64,000 nucleotides of DNA from an uncultured delta proteobacterium. GTDB taxonomy: Bacteria; Desulfobacterota; Syntrophia; Syntrophales; Smithellaceae. A program made the translations under genes and the position numbers. Numbering within the stretch: position 1 is the first letter of the stretch; each line of letters begins with the position of its first letter. The notes beneath the pieces were generated by a model. It made no database searches. It had not been told where the DNA came from and worked only from the letters and a program-made list of their open reading frames with translations. This document shows positions 10,487 to 21,136 of the stretch, piece by piece. The DNA lies in assembly GCA_963753975.1 (NCBI GenBank), contig CAVWEH010000004.1, positions 32,001 to 96,000 of the forward strand. The letters are read 5' to 3'.

Positions 10487-12445
10487 TTATTTAACCTTAG
10501 CTAATAACGGTCTGATTTTTTTAATCACAAACACGATTAAAAAAATTAAAGCGCACAGGAAAAGAATTACGATAATCAAAGCTCCATAAGTGACGGCGTT
10601 GCCGTTGGCCAATATATTTTTCAAATTTGTCGAAGGTTCCGCCTGATAACGTCCTTCCGGCGCTCGATATTTTTCCGGAATATTCGGGATGCGATTTCTA
10701 TTGGTGTCCGTAAAGGACCGCATATACTGAGTAAGGGCTATCCACTCTTTTAGTTCCCTTGGCTTGGAAGAACCCTTATCGGTATAGATAATTGCCTTGT
10801 TTAAATCCAGCAAAGCGCGGCCTTTCTTATCCTTCGGTTTTACACTGAGGAGTCCATAGGTGGCTCTGCTTACATAATTTATCATCTCCGCCGTGTAGAG
10901 ATTGGAACAGACGCGATATAGCTTCTTATAATCGAGAGGCTTATATTCGCCTTTTTCATCCTGAACGGAAACCTGCGTTACTCTGTCGAATAAAATTCGA
11001 TACGGATTGAAGGCGAACTTCACTCCGGATACCTGCAGGTGAGCATCCTCTTTTTTAAAAGGCGCGAGTGAAGCCTCAACTTCCAGAATATCTTTCAGCT
11101 CCTTGCCCGTGACATGGAAAGCCAATAACGGATAGCCGGCCACGCCATCCCTGCCTATGCCCAGCGACAGCACCTGAAAAATATCCGCCGTCGTAATTTT
11201 CCCCTTCTGGAATGAATCCCTGATCAATCCCAACGGTTCCAGAGCCACATGAACATATTCATAGTTATTCCCTTCGGCTTTTTGTACGGCGTAGCGATAA
11301 GCATCCGTAATCATGTCTCCCAATCCCATTTCTCTGGGATTAGCATAAGCGGACGGAAGCGATTCCATGTTAAAATCGCTTTCGGCAATTACCTGATCAA
11401 AACTTAAATGATAGGGAGATAGAAAATCTCGATTAACAATATCTCTGTAGTCGGCAACCTCTTCCGAGACAATTCTATCGTCCGGAATACCGGCTGAAAT
11501 ATTTCTCAAATCGTAGGAGGCGACATTGATATCTTTTCCTCTGGTGTAAAAGACCTTCAAAATACCCATATACTCGCCATAACAGCCGCTGGAAACGATA
11601 ATTGTCCGGCCAATTTTTATCGGTTTAGGTAAAATTGTATGCGTATGGCCGCTGATAATAACATCGATCTGCGGCACTTGGCGCGCCAATTTTTCATCTT
11701 CCGATTTATTTTTTATCGGAGATGTACCGGAATGGGAAAGGCAGATAATCATATCAACGTTTTCTTTGTTTCTCAATACATCCACCATCCGCTTGCTTGC
11801 CCGAATCGGATCACCAAATTTAACGGGCTTGGCAAAGGGCGTATCGTCCATGGCATCCTTGCCCATAATGCCGAATACTCCAATACGGATACGGTTTCTT
11901 TCGAAAATCATATATTCTTTTACCGGATAGTCCTTAAAGGCTTGTTTCAATGCCGTATCTCCGGGATCATTTTTACTAAAAATAACATTGGAAGCAACCA
12001 AAGCAGGCAATTGCTGGCTTTTGGATCGTGCAGTGTTAAGCATTTTTGCCAAACCATCAGCATGGAAATCAAAATCGTGATTACCGAAAGTTGTTACATC
12101 ATAGCCCATTTTTCCCATGAGCCGGAGCTCAGATGCCTCTTTCATAAATAACGTGTGGAAAAGCGTGCCCATGGAAAAATCGCCGGCATCGACGCGCAAG
12201 GTCTTATTTTGATTATATATCCGCTGTTCTTTAATTATATAAGCGAGTTTGGCATATCCTCCCATCTGCAGTTGTTGACCGTCCTCGGTCAAAACCCCAT
12301 GGGGCAAAAAATACGAATGTAAATCATGAGTAAAGAGAATGACCAGTTCTCTGCTGCCTCTTCCCTGGCTGTCCGAATCTCCTCCAGTGATGATAATGAG
12401 CAGCAAAGACAAAGTAAGTAACGCAATTTTTTTGGCAAGCATCAT
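10487..12445 (-). CDS. Bifunctional metallophosphatase/5'-nucleotidase, secreted with a C-terminal membrane anchor
   Basis: THDLHS, DAGD, GNHDFD, LSHSG, SGHTH motifs; signal peptide; C-terminal TM helix. Confidence 0.9.
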   Translation of the reverse strand: MMLAKKIALLTLSLLLIIITGGDSDSQGRGSRELVILFTHDLHSYFLPHGVLTEDGQQLQMGGYAKLAYIIKEQRIYNQNKTLRVDAGDFSMGTLFHTLFMKEASELRLMGKMGYDVTTFGNHDFDFHADGLAKMLNTARSKSQQLPALVASNVIFSKNDPGDTALKQAFKDYPVKEYMIFERNRIRIGVFGIMGKDAMDDTPFAKPVKFGDPIRASKRMVDVLRNKENVDMIICLSHSGTSPIKNKSEDEKLARQVPQIDVIISGHTHTILPKPIKIGRTIIVSSGCYGEYMGILKVFYTRGKDINVASYDLRNISAGIPDDRIVSEEVADYRDIVNRDFLSPYHLSFDQVIAESDFNMESLPSAYANPREMGLGDMITDAYRYAVQKAEGNNYEYVHVALEPLGLIRDSFQKGKITTADIFQVLSLGIGRDGVAGYPLLAFHVTGKELKDILEVEASLAPFKKEDAHLQVSGVKFAFNPYRILFDRVTQVSVQDEKGEYKPLDYKKLYRVCSNLYTAEMINYVSRATYGLLSVKPKDKKGRALLDLNKAIIYTDKGSSKPRELKEWIALTQYMRSFTDTNRNRIPNIPEKYRAPEGRYQAEPSTNLKNILANGNAVTYGALIIVILFLCALIFLIVFVIKKIRPLLAKVK

Positions 12446-12594
12446 GATTATTATCCTTTCTTACATAAATCAAATTTATGCGCCGGGTGAGACATCGGAG
12501 CAGACTGGCTCGATCGGCCCTTAAAGGAAGGCGCTTCTTATAGCATATAATCTTTTTGCTGCCTATAGGTCAGATTGACTTTATTGTATTAAAT

Positions 12595-15500
12595 TTATTT
12601 GGCTTTACCCGTCAGATAATCGATCATCGGCTGAGTTACCAAAGGCACAACATCATCGATCATGTGCGGCATAAGGCTATCCATAACTTTAGGCATCAAC
12701 TCCGGCATCTGTTCACGCATATAATCGGGCATGGGAATCTGCGCGGCAACTCGCTCGAGCATTACCGGCATAACTTTGGGCATCATCATCGGCAGAAGAA
12801 TAGGAAATAAAACGGGAAACATTGGTTTCATTAAATTGAGAGCGCCGGGAATTTTTCCCATAACCCGCATCATCGGCCCCATACCGAAGGGCATGGCATC
12901 GATCAACTGCGGCCACATCGTTCCCATTAAATTGGCAAAACCCTGCGGTGTCATCAGGGATATGAAGGCATCAAAAACACCCCACTGACTATGCACATCC
13001 GGATTGGGATCGGGAAATTCATAGCCCAGGGCGTTTCCGGCCAGATGCGCCAGATCCACGACTTCCACCGGCATATTTTTCTTTTTCGCGGCTACACGTA
13101 ATTGCACCTCACAGCAGGGACACAGCGCCAGTACTTTCTCGGCGCCGATCTCAACCGCTTCATCAAGTCTTGTTTTACCGATTTCGGCGGCAATCGGCGG
13201 ATCTTTAATCAAAGTCAGAACACTGCCGCAACAGTGGCCTTTCTCACGGTTATGCTCCATTTCCACAAATTCCACATTGGGAATTGCCTTGATCAAATCG
13301 CGGGGGGCTTCATAAACACCGGATGCCCTGCCGATATGACAGGAGTCATGCCAGGTTACTTTTACCGGCTGCATATTATTGGCAGGAAATACAAATTCAC
13401 CGGATTTTATTTTCTCGGCGATAATTTCCGAGTAGTGCTTGGTCTTTGATATTGTACTCAATGCCCAATTTTTTCGCCCATTCGGGATAAACATTGCGCC
13501 ACATCATGTCGCAGGCCGGACAGGAGGCAACTACCGTATCCGCACCGGTGTGTTTTACAACCTCTATATTTTTGCGCATGATATCTCGCAAAAAGATCCC
13601 ATTTGCCGGCCACCAGCATCGGGGTGCCGCAACAATTTTCCGGTTTGCCGGCGTAAGTAAAATCGACACCGGCTTTGTCGAGCAATCTTACCGTTGCCAT
13701 GCCGATATCATGCTCCACATAGCTTACCGTGCATCCGGCAAAATACATTGCCGGCGCTTTACGGCCGGGACCGTGCTTTTCCTTAAGGTCTTCCGGAAAC
13801 CAGTCTGTCCTGTTTTTACGGTAACCTGCCCAGATGTTGCCTTCGGATTCGCAGCGCTTCGGCCATCATTTCAAAGGGCGGAAACGTCATCCGCTTTTCC
13901 TCATTGATCAGTTTACCGCGCAGTTTCATCCAGGAAGGTTCGATGGGCAGATGCCGCCGAACAACGCAGATTACAAAGTTCGCAGGTTGTGCAGACCAGA
14001 AAAGTATCAATCTGAGCCTGAGTCCATTTGGCTCTTCCTTCCAGATATTCCCTGCAGCCAGTACCATTTGCCGCGCGGGCTCTGGCTTTCCCAGCCGCGG
14101 CCGTAGAACTGATCGCATTCCTCCACACAATAACCGCATTGAGAACAGCTGTAAGCATACCAGACCACATCTGCCGGAATATCACTCACAGGATAACTTT
14201 TTCTCTCACCGATATGCGTGATAACGTAATTGCCGAAAGGCCGGATCAGCGGCTCAAGAGCAGCTCCGATGCTCACGGCGCTATCCATAAGACTATAGCC
14301 GATGACTTTTCCGGGATTGAAAATACCTTGTTCATCCACATCTTGCTTTTTAAATGCTTTCAGCCTGGCCAATCTTTCCTGTCCCAATACTTTTGCGGCT
14401 TTAGCCTTGAAATATAAACCGGTAGAATAGGCACGACCGCCGTTGGCTTCAGCAATTTTCATAATGGATAACGAAAGACTGAAAACAAAATTGTAGCTGA
14501 ACTTGCGCTGATCGGCGGGAATAAATCCCAGAATAACTACTTCCGGCTTTCCATCCTTGCCTTTGCGGATAACCGTTCCTTCCTTGACGACAGGTTGATT
14601 GATTTTATTTTCGACTTCCGCCATGAAGCGGCCCAATCGGGAAAGAGGTATGACAACTTCAGCCGGCACCAGACTGGGGCCAAGGCGTTTGACCACCATA
14701 ATTTTGAAACGGTTTTTCCATTCATGTTCGGCAATGCGTCTCACTTAATATTTCCCCCTGACAGCGGCGCAATATTTCCTTGCAGCTGCGCCATAACTTG
14801 CTTCTGCATCTTTTTTATGAAAAGCTATCGTGGCAACATAGGATGCAGGCAAGAAGCACTCTTTCTTCGATAGGATGACCGTTATGTTCCATCAACGGCG
14901 AACGATTTTTCATTTCCGCCATCCGGGGATTAATGAAAACCAGCGACCAAAAGGCAGATCCGCTTTCACTATATCTTCCACAATTCTTTGAAGATCATCA
15001 GCTTCCGGACAACCGATAGCAATAATTTCGAGTTCTTCTTTCGGCTGAACTTTCATGGTCAAATCGATGATAAAACCGGTTGTTCCTTCCGCATCGGCAA
15101 TTAAATCCAGATCGGCGCCGGTAAAAACACGCACCGAACCATCGGGCAGAACCACGCGGGCAGAAACGACATTTTCCCGAAACCAGCCGTATTGATAAGA
15201 ACCGAAACCTGCGCCGCCTTGCGCCAGCCAGCCGCCGACGGTCGAGCCGGGATAACTGGACGGATAAAGATTTACGGTAAGACCCTCTTTAGCCAGCGCA
15301 GCGTCAACTTTTTCCCAGACAACACCGGCCTGACAGGTAACCGTTTGCGCTTGCTTTATCTATGGATACAATTTTATTCAGACGGAAGAAATCAACGACA
15401 ATTCCTTGCTTTGACAGGCAAAACTCCGCCATAACCGGAAGAAGCTTTCGCCCGCGGAGTAAGAGCGATATTATTTTGCCCTGGCCCAATTAACGAGAGC

Positions 15501-15682
15501 AACCAGCTCTTCTTCGTTTTGGGGCTGAACAATCGGCATCGGGAATGGTTTTGCCGATGAGCGGCTGCAATGAGAGAAGGTATTGCCGCTATATCATGGC
15601 TGTATAGCACGCGCTCCATTTCATCAAAATTGACGCGATTGCCAAATTGTCTTTCCAGATATTCTTTCGTCTGCTGGTTCAT
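12595..15682 (-). CDS. Fused FAD-binding (GlcD/LDH-like) + 4Fe-4S + CCG-domain oxidoreductase; many frameshifts in this assembly
   Basis: Consecutive fragments: YGGVLPV, GTTGFI, FNPGKV, CSQCGYCVEEC, CTTCELCNLRC, YFAGC, ENCCG, WHDSCHIGR, HCCG, LCPCC; breaks traced near the 5' end are +1 insertions. Confidence 0.85.
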
Positions 15683-15805
15683 AAATAACCTCCCGTTTCT
15701 GCTAACTTTGCCCGATCATAAAACTCTTAATCTTAATATATTCTCTTTACAAATAAGACCCTAAATCTTTGTGATAGTTTAAATCCCAAATTAAAATAAA
15801 GACAA

Positions 15806-15844
15806 ATTCATTGGCACGACAGATCATCTGTCGTGCCAATGAAT
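15806..15844. terminator. Perfect 19-bp inverted repeat immediately after the FadL-like gene (terminator or mRNA-stabilising hairpin)
   Basis: attcattggcacgacagat-c-atctgtcgtgccaatgaat. Confidence 0.7.
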
Positions 15845-15848
15845 AAAT

Positions 15849-17053
15849 TTAGAAAGTATAGCTTATCCCCATATCAATTGAATACTGTGACATCTCTGTT
15901 TCATATGAGCTTATAACCTGGTCCGTATTAGAGCCGCTAATTTTTGCGGTCGGTGAGTACATGCCACCAATATTAATGGTGAACTGCTTGGTGAGATTAA
16001 TTCCAAGACCAGCGGTAATGTGATGCTCGGAAACAGCGGGAAAAGCAATATTTTCAAATGCGCGATTGGCTACTGAGGGGCATTTTACCATAGTTATAAC
16101 CTGCCCGCAGCACTATCATCGGGATCAACTGTGTATTGAACACCAACCTTATAGACGAACTGGTCGCTCCAATCCATATTCCAAGGCATGGCCCCACTGG
16201 CGTTGGTAGTATACTTGGGCAGGTTTTGCCCATTGGTTTCCGACCAGTTGATCCATTCAACGTCAAAACCAATTACCAGATCTTTAATCGGTTTTATACC
16301 TAAACCTATTGTTGCCACTTGGGGCTGATCAAATTCTATTTTATCTATACCGGCAGCGGTGTTAAAAGCAAAATCCTGAAAATAGCTTTTTGTCTCGTAG
16401 GCCAATCCAATCTGGATCATATCAATTGGTTTCACCAATACTCCGATCGTTGCCCCATAACCAAAAGACGATGCTCCCATATGCGGTTGCTGAGTAGGAC
16501 CTCCGGCATTAAATTCCATGGTCGCATACATAACGTTGATTGCGGCCCCAACGGATACCATATCGTTAATTTTGTAAGAAAGCGCCGGCGCAAAACGCAT
16601 CTGTGAATATGACGTATAGGTTACACCACCGTAAAGATTTGCGGGATAATCAACACCCATGCCGGCCACACCATATGCACCTATACCAAATCTGAATTTT
16701 TCACTAAGGGGTATGATCAAACCAAAGGCGGGAACAGGTGATCCTCCACGGTCAGAATCGATTGTAGCCCCATCATGCGTCACCACCCCAGGAGCCACAC
16801 CAGTTGCCTTATAGTCAACAGAAGGCTTAAAATATGAGGCGCCAAAATCTATCCGCCCCGGCAGAACGCTCATGCCGGCCGGATTAGTCAGTATTGATGC
16901 GGCATCCAACGGAAGCCCCACACTGACTCCGCCCATGGAGTCCTGCACGGGACCAAAACCAATCATCCGCATGCCGTTAGTGGCAAAAGCATTGGTACTG
17001 CTAAGCAACATGGCAATGATTATTAATAATGATGTTTTAATAATTGTTTTCAT
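15849..17053 (-). CDS. FadL/OmpP1/TodX-family outer-membrane transporter; two apparent frameshifts near 16.07-16.12 kb
   Basis: Signal peptide, MGGVSVG...NPAGM hatch motif, LRAGYNYG, C-terminal aromatic YTF; 1205 nt minus 2 inserted bases gives 401 codons. Confidence 0.88.
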
Positions 17054-17322
17054 ACTTTCTCCTTATAGTATCATAGCATTTTGGTTTAAATTGCCCGGTC
17101 AATGCTGGCCGGAAAATCATCGCACAGCACTATAACATCTGGCCTCACCTCCTTCATAATCGTCGAGTAACCTTTTTTTGTTATATATTACCCCCCATTA
17201 AAGCAGGCGTTGAAACCAGAATCATCCAAGACTGAAAATATGATTTCCAATCATGCCTGCGCCAGAAAAAAATACGCACCATAGTTTTCCAACTATAGTT
17301 TGAAGAAGTTCCAGCAGAAGGT

Positions 17323-17655
17323 TTAGCTTGCGGTCTTTATCAGGCTGGAAACGATCCTTTTATTTTCCTGAAGCTGTTCCATAAGCACTTCTCTCATCAA
17401 GGTGCAGGCTTGAATAATCTTAGGATTAGCAATTCGGTAATACAGGACAACGCCTTCCCGTCTGGTCAGGACGACCCCCTTTGATTTCAAAATATTCATA
17501 TGCTGAGAAATATTTACTTTGCTCAGACCGGTCATTTGCATTAGCTCATTGTTAGACATCTCTTTTTCTTTTAACAAATTGATTATTTCCAGACGTTTAT
17601 GATTGGCAAATGTTTTACAAATATCTGCTTGAAGCTCGAATATACTTTTTTTCAT
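17323..17655 (-). CDS. ArsR/SmtB-family transcriptional regulator
   Basis: KTFANHKRLEII, NISQHMNILK, RREG..YY motifs. Confidence 0.9.
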   Translation of the reverse strand: MKKSIFELQADICKTFANHKRLEIINLLKEKEMSNNELMQMTGLSKVNISQHMNILKSKGVVLTRREGVVLYYRIANPKIIQACTLMREVLMEQLQENKRIVSSLIKTAS

Positions 17656-18033
17656 ATCACCCTATTAATTATCATTGAATTGAATTGATTTTACTTTCTG
17701 CCTCTTACTAAGAGGCCGTCAAATTTAACTTAATTAGTTCACATTTATATATATTTCATAATATAGCTATATATATTTGTCAATATTTATATAGTAGTAT
17801 TTCCCCAAACAATTTTTTTGTTTTCATAAAACTCTGTAGACTTGAATACCGGTTGCGGCAGGTAGGCTTGTTTATTTGACTAATCAGTAAAAGCCGTAAG
17901 TTTATTGGATAGTTATATGGTACAATCTAAAATTGATAGTCACCCCAAAACCAGTGGCGTTATTAGGATTAGTTCCTGATCTCCAAAGTCAGATACTGAC
18001 TCAATTTATCCGTGTTCTTCTGGCGGCCTTAAG

Positions 18034-19002
18034 CTAAGGAGAAATTTTGGAGAATTTTTGTTTTTCATCTTCGGCCAATAAGCAGCCGGCAGCACAGATA
18101 TCCGCGCATTCACCGTCACATGGTTCAATATGAATTGTAATAACCGAATCGGGAAATCTTCGTCTGATTTTTAATTTTAATCCTTTAGTAATATTGTGGG
18201 AATCGACCACTGACATTTGCGGATTAACTTTAATATGAAATTCTATAAAACGAATATGCCCTGCTTTGCGTGTTTTCAACTGATGAAAACCATGAATGGA
18301 TGGCTGACAGCTTACAATTACATTGCGAATCCAATCCTCTTCTTCCGGCGGCAACTGGACATCCATTAAATCGCGAATAGAGTTTGCAGTTAATTCGTAA
18401 GCTGCACGCAAGATAATGACGGCAACAAATATAGCGGCGATCGGATCAAGCCAGTGTATCTTCGGATCGGGGAAAAGACTATGACCGATCCAAATCAATC
18501 CCAGGCTAATCATAACGCCCACGGAAGTATATACATCCGTCCGTAAATGCCAGGCGTCGGACTGGAGGGCAATGGAATCAGCTTCCTTACCTATTTGGAA
18601 AAGTTTCCGGGAAACAATAAAATTGACGACAGCGGAAAAGAACATAACCACAACTCCCCAGCCGGGAGCGTCTAGGGTTTGCGAAGAACTTATTTTTTTT
18701 ATGGCCTCGAATATAATCCAAAATGCCGCAACAAAAATAAGCGCCGCTTCCACCAAACCCGATATGTTTTCTATTTTTCCATGACCGAAGGGGTGCCGCT
18801 CATCAGCAGGGACACTGGAGGTTTTTACCGAAAACATGGCGATAATGGCAGCCAACAGATCCATGCCCGAATGAATGGCCTCCGATATTATTGAAACAGA
18901 ACCAATTAAAACACCGACAATTACTTTAAATAAAACTAAAAAGGAATTGGAAACGACTGATAATATCGCCACTCTTTCTTTGCGCTGCTGTAGAGACATC
19001 AA
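18034..19002 (-). CDS. Cation diffusion facilitator (FieF-like) transporter
   Basis: EAIHSGMD, HPFGHGKIE, DAWHLRTD, IHIEP motifs; Cys-rich C-terminus. Confidence 0.93.
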   Translation of the reverse strand: MMSLQQRKERVAILSVVSNSFLVLFKVIVGVLIGSVSIISEAIHSGMDLLAAIIAMFSVKTSSVPADERHPFGHGKIENISGLVEAALIFVAAFWIIFEAIKKISSSQTLDAPGWGVVVMFFSAVVNFIVSRKLFQIGKEADSIALQSDAWHLRTDVYTSVGVMISLGLIWIGHSLFPDPKIHWLDPIAAIFVAVIILRAAYELTANSIRDLMDVQLPPEEEDWIRNVIVSCQPSIHGFHQLKTRKAGHIRFIEFHIKVNPQMSVVDSHNITKGLKLKIRRRFPDSVITIHIEPCDGECADICAAGCLLAEDEKQKFSKISP

Positions 19003-19093
19003 TTTAATTCTCCCGAAGTGGTTTTTACACTCTGTTTCAATATATCACGGCAGGGAATTGATTTCCCGCAAATTTTAAGTCGCCCGAAAATAA

Positions 19094-19306
19094 GTGGAGC
19101 CCCCTCCGGTCGCAGATGTCCTTTAGGTTACAGGAGCCGGAAGCTTCCTAAAATAGTGAGACCCAAGCTTCAGAAACAAAGCGCATAACCTAAAGGTCAC
19201 GTCACTGCTGAAGCTTGCAGGTCGAATTATCCCGCAAAGCAGAGGACAGCGCGCCCTCCCGCGGTTCACGGCGCTTTCCTCTCCCTGCCGGAGCAGCGGA
19301 ATTCCA
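19094..19306 (-). ncRNA. Unidentified structured RNA or repeat element with a possible pseudoknot (strand uncertain)
   Basis: GC-rich intergenic island with a closing stem, hairpins and crossing helices 19120-19130/19186-19196 and 19164-19173/19208-19217. Confidence 0.5.
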
Positions 19307-19388
19307 AGTCGCGGAATTGATTTCCTTTGCAACCAGTTCAAATTATGGTAGTATAAGTACCTTAATTTACTTTTAATTAATTACATAT

Positions 19389-20498
19389 ATGAATAGAAGC
19401 AAAAATGGAAATGTTTTGTCCTTTTTTAAAAATGCCACGGTCAGAGATTGGCAAGACTGGCGTTGGCAATTCAAAAATCGCCTTACAAAAGTGACACAAT
19501 TAGATCATTTAGATCATTTTCCAAGCAAATCACGGCTGCGGATGGAAAAGTTAAACGCCGTAACAGTTGTTTATCCAATGGCCGTAACTCCATATTATTT
19601 ATCACTTATTCAAATTGATGACGAAAACGATCCGGTCCGCGCCCAGTGCTTTCCGGATTTGCGGGAAATTTCTTGTCATAAGGACTATCCGGACGACCCA
19701 CTGGAAGAAGACATCCATATGCCGGTACCCAAACTAATACACCGCTATCCTGATCGCTGCCTTGCCATTGTTACTGAAGTTTGTCTTACTTATTGTCGAC
19801 ATTGCAATCGCAAGCGTTTCTGGTCGCAATCGGCACACCTTAGTTTAAAAACACGCCTAAAAAAAATTATCCCCTACATTTCTGAATCGCGGCAAATCAG
19901 AGAAGTTATTATCTCCGGCGGTGATCCGCTTATTTTTGACGATCAAGCGATAGAAACTTTGCTGGCCTCGCTAAAAGCGATACCGCACATTGAAGTTTTA
20001 CGTATAGGCAGTCGCGCCCCCGTTGTCATGCCTATGCGTATTACCAAAGAATTTTGCCGGATGCTCAAACGCTACCGGCCCTTATGGTTTAACACGCAAT
20101 TTAATCATCCGGCTGAAATCACCCCCGAATCCAAACAAGCCTGCAATATGATCCAAGAATCAGGAATTCCCGTTTCTAACCAGTCCGTTTTACTCCGGGG
20201 CGTAAATGACTCACCGGATGTAATGCGCAACTTACTTTACGGCTTGCAAAAGATAGCAGTTCGTCCTTATTATCTTTTCCATTGTGACCCGGTTAAAGGA
20301 TGCGAACACTTCCATACCGATTTAAAATCAGGAATAACTTTGATGGAAAAAATATGGAGTCAGTGCTCCGGTTTGAGTCTGCCTCAATACGTTCTTGATT
20401 TGCCGGGAAGTACGGGAAAGATGCCCCTTAATACAATGTCCGAAACGATAAAAAAAGACCGGCAAATGCACCAACATTATTTTGACAAGTTTATATAA
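19389..20498 (+). CDS. epmB: KamA-family radical SAM lysine 2,3-aminomutase for EF-P beta-lysylation
   Basis: DWRWQF, HRYPDR, CLTYCRHCNR, SGGDPL, NQSVLLRGVND motifs; adjacent to efp and epmA. Confidence 0.88.
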   Translation: MNRSKNGNVLSFFKNATVRDWQDWRWQFKNRLTKVTQLDHLDHFPSKSRLRMEKLNAVTVVYPMAVTPYYLSLIQIDDENDPVRAQCFPDLREISCHKDYPDDPLEEDIHMPVPKLIHRYPDRCLAIVTEVCLTYCRHCNRKRFWSQSAHLSLKTRLKKIIPYISESRQIREVIISGGDPLIFDDQAIETLLASLKAIPHIEVLRIGSRAPVVMPMRITKEFCRMLKRYRPLWFNTQFNHPAEITPESKQACNMIQESGIPVSNQSVLLRGVNDSPDVMRNLLYGLQKIAVRPYYLFHCDPVKGCEHFHTDLKSGITLMEKIWSQCSGLSLPQYVLDLPGSTGKMPLNTMSETIKKDRQMHQHYFDKFI

Positions 20499-20566
20499 AT
20501 AGATTAGTAAGAACGAAAAATTAGTCATACAAAATCATAAAATTTAGGGTATAGGGAGAAAATCTT

Positions 20567-21130
20567 ATGTACACCGCGAGCGATTTAAAAAAAGGATTGC
20601 GGCTGAAAATCGATAACGAGCCATATATTATCACCGAATTCAATTTTGTCAAACCGGGCAAGGGGCAAGCGCTCTACCGCACGAAGCTGAAAAACATGAT
20701 CACCGGAAGCCAGTTCGAAAGATCTTTCCGTTCAGTAGATACCTTCGAATCGGCAGACTTGCGAGAAAAGAAGATGCAATATTTATATAAGGAGGGAGAT
20801 AAATACTGCTTCATGGATAATGAAAATTTCGAGCAAATTTATTTAACGGAAAGTCAAATCGGTGACGCCAAAAACTTTTTAATTGATAATATCGAAGCGG
20901 AAATCTTGCTCTTTGAAGACCGTCCCATCGGCATTAGCCTGCCCAACTTCGTTGATTTAGTGGTTACCGAAGCTGAACCCTGGGCCAAGGGTGATACGGT
21001 ATCCGGCGCCACAAAACCGGTTAAAGTCCAGACCGGATATACGATTCAGGTACCGACCTTCGTTAGCGAAGGAGAAAAAATCCGGATTGACACACGCACG
21101 GGGGAATACCTGACCAGAGTTAAAGGTTAA
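20567..21130 (+). CDS. efp: Elongation factor P
   Basis: VKPGKGQA loop, KGDT, DTRTGEY. Confidence 0.98.
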   Translation: MYTASDLKKGLRLKIDNEPYIITEFNFVKPGKGQALYRTKLKNMITGSQFERSFRSVDTFESADLREKKMQYLYKEGDKYCFMDNENFEQIYLTESQIGDAKNFLIDNIEAEILLFEDRPIGISLPNFVDLVVTEAEPWAKGDTVSGATKPVKVQTGYTIQVPTFVSEGEKIRIDTRTGEYLTRVKG

Positions 21131-21136
21131 TTTCTT

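Noticed and set aside
15811..15830. Sigma-54 promoter suggested by TTGGCACG
   Set aside because: No GC at -12 on either strand; it is one arm of a perfect hairpin
19094..19306. Lysine riboswitch (next to the kamA-like gene), NiCo riboswitch (next to the CDF gene), SRP, RNase P, glmS ribozyme or tmRNA
   Set aside because: Only short coincidental words match (GAGGAAAG, AGCGCC, CCGTGAACCGCG, CTCCAC); the defining cores (e.g. TCAGG..GGAAGGAAGCAGC, GACGAGG, a T-loop) are absent, and a plausible epmB promoter (TTGCAA...TGgTAGTAT) lies downstream of the element
19123..19341. 72-aa ORF across the structured element
   Set aside because: No RBS or recognisable protein features; better explained as non-coding structure
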